Assembly (NCBI GenBank): GCA_030390025.1
Contig: CM059432.1
Coordinates: 138,138,001 to 138,202,000, forward strand
Source: Squalus acanthias
Taxonomy: Eukaryota
DNA length: 64,000 bases
Direction of reading: 5' to 3'
Numbering within the stretch: the stretch's first letter is position 1; every line of letters begins with the position of its first letter. Of this stretch, positions 63,618 to 64,000 are shown one piece after another. The notes under the pieces were generated by a model. That model worked only from the letters and a program-made list of their open reading frames with translations. It was not told where the DNA came from and made no database searches. The translations under genes and the position numbers were made by a program.

Positions 63618-64000
63618 GGGCTGGATTTTACCAGCCCTGAGGATGCGGGTTTGGAGGCGGGACTGCTGGCAAAATCAAAAAGAATGGGAGCGGGTCCCGA
63701 ACCCACTCCCAACCTGCCTCCAAACAATCTTCCTGGGAGTCGGGTCCCCGATTTGTGCAGGGACCCGACTCCTAGTAGCGGGAAGAGGATTATAGCCATT
63801 TAACTGTCTGTTAACAGGCAGTTAAGAGGCTTTTTCCCATTTTGAGACTTCTGCTGCAAGCTTCCCGACGTCAGGGAACCCCGCCAGGGTAAGTGAGGCG
63901 TGCTGTGGGTCTGTTGTAATGTTTGTGTATAGATGCCAGCTGCAGAAGTGGTGTGAAGGATCCAATGGGACACTGGTGAGTATCAGAGGTAAGGAAATAT
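63617..64000. mobile_element. Start of a GC-rich MITE-like element running out of the window
   Basis: Terminus ggggctggatttta resembles the other Harbinger-type ends; local inverted repeats ggagtcgggtcc / ggacccgactcc. Confidence 0.5.

Overview
Vertebrate genomic DNA, very probably a shark or other cartilaginous fish. This is inferred from dense CR1 and L2 LINE fragments and many tRNA-headed Deu-domain SINEs of the SacSINE1 type. The only host gene I can support is the 3' end of a + strand C2H2 zinc-finger gene most like ZNF516. It has a 105-nt finger exon (6913-7017) and a terminal exon (CDS 46649-46875), joined across a 39.6-kb intron to rebuild an HTGERPF linker. The terminal exon has a second reading frame that resembles the recalled human ZNF516 C-terminus, and the intron holds two candidate cassette exons that could switch or modify the last finger. 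The rest is layered transposon debris: CR1, L2 and RTE LINEs, SINEs, an internally deleted Harbinger with transposase and Myb/SANT remnants plus related MITEs, hAT and Tigger-like MITEs, a solo LTR, and palindromic Penelope-like insertions. One of those palindromes carries minimal hammerhead ribozyme cores on both strands. Family assignments come from my own recognition; no searches were run. Repeat boundaries are approximate unless a TSD is quoted.
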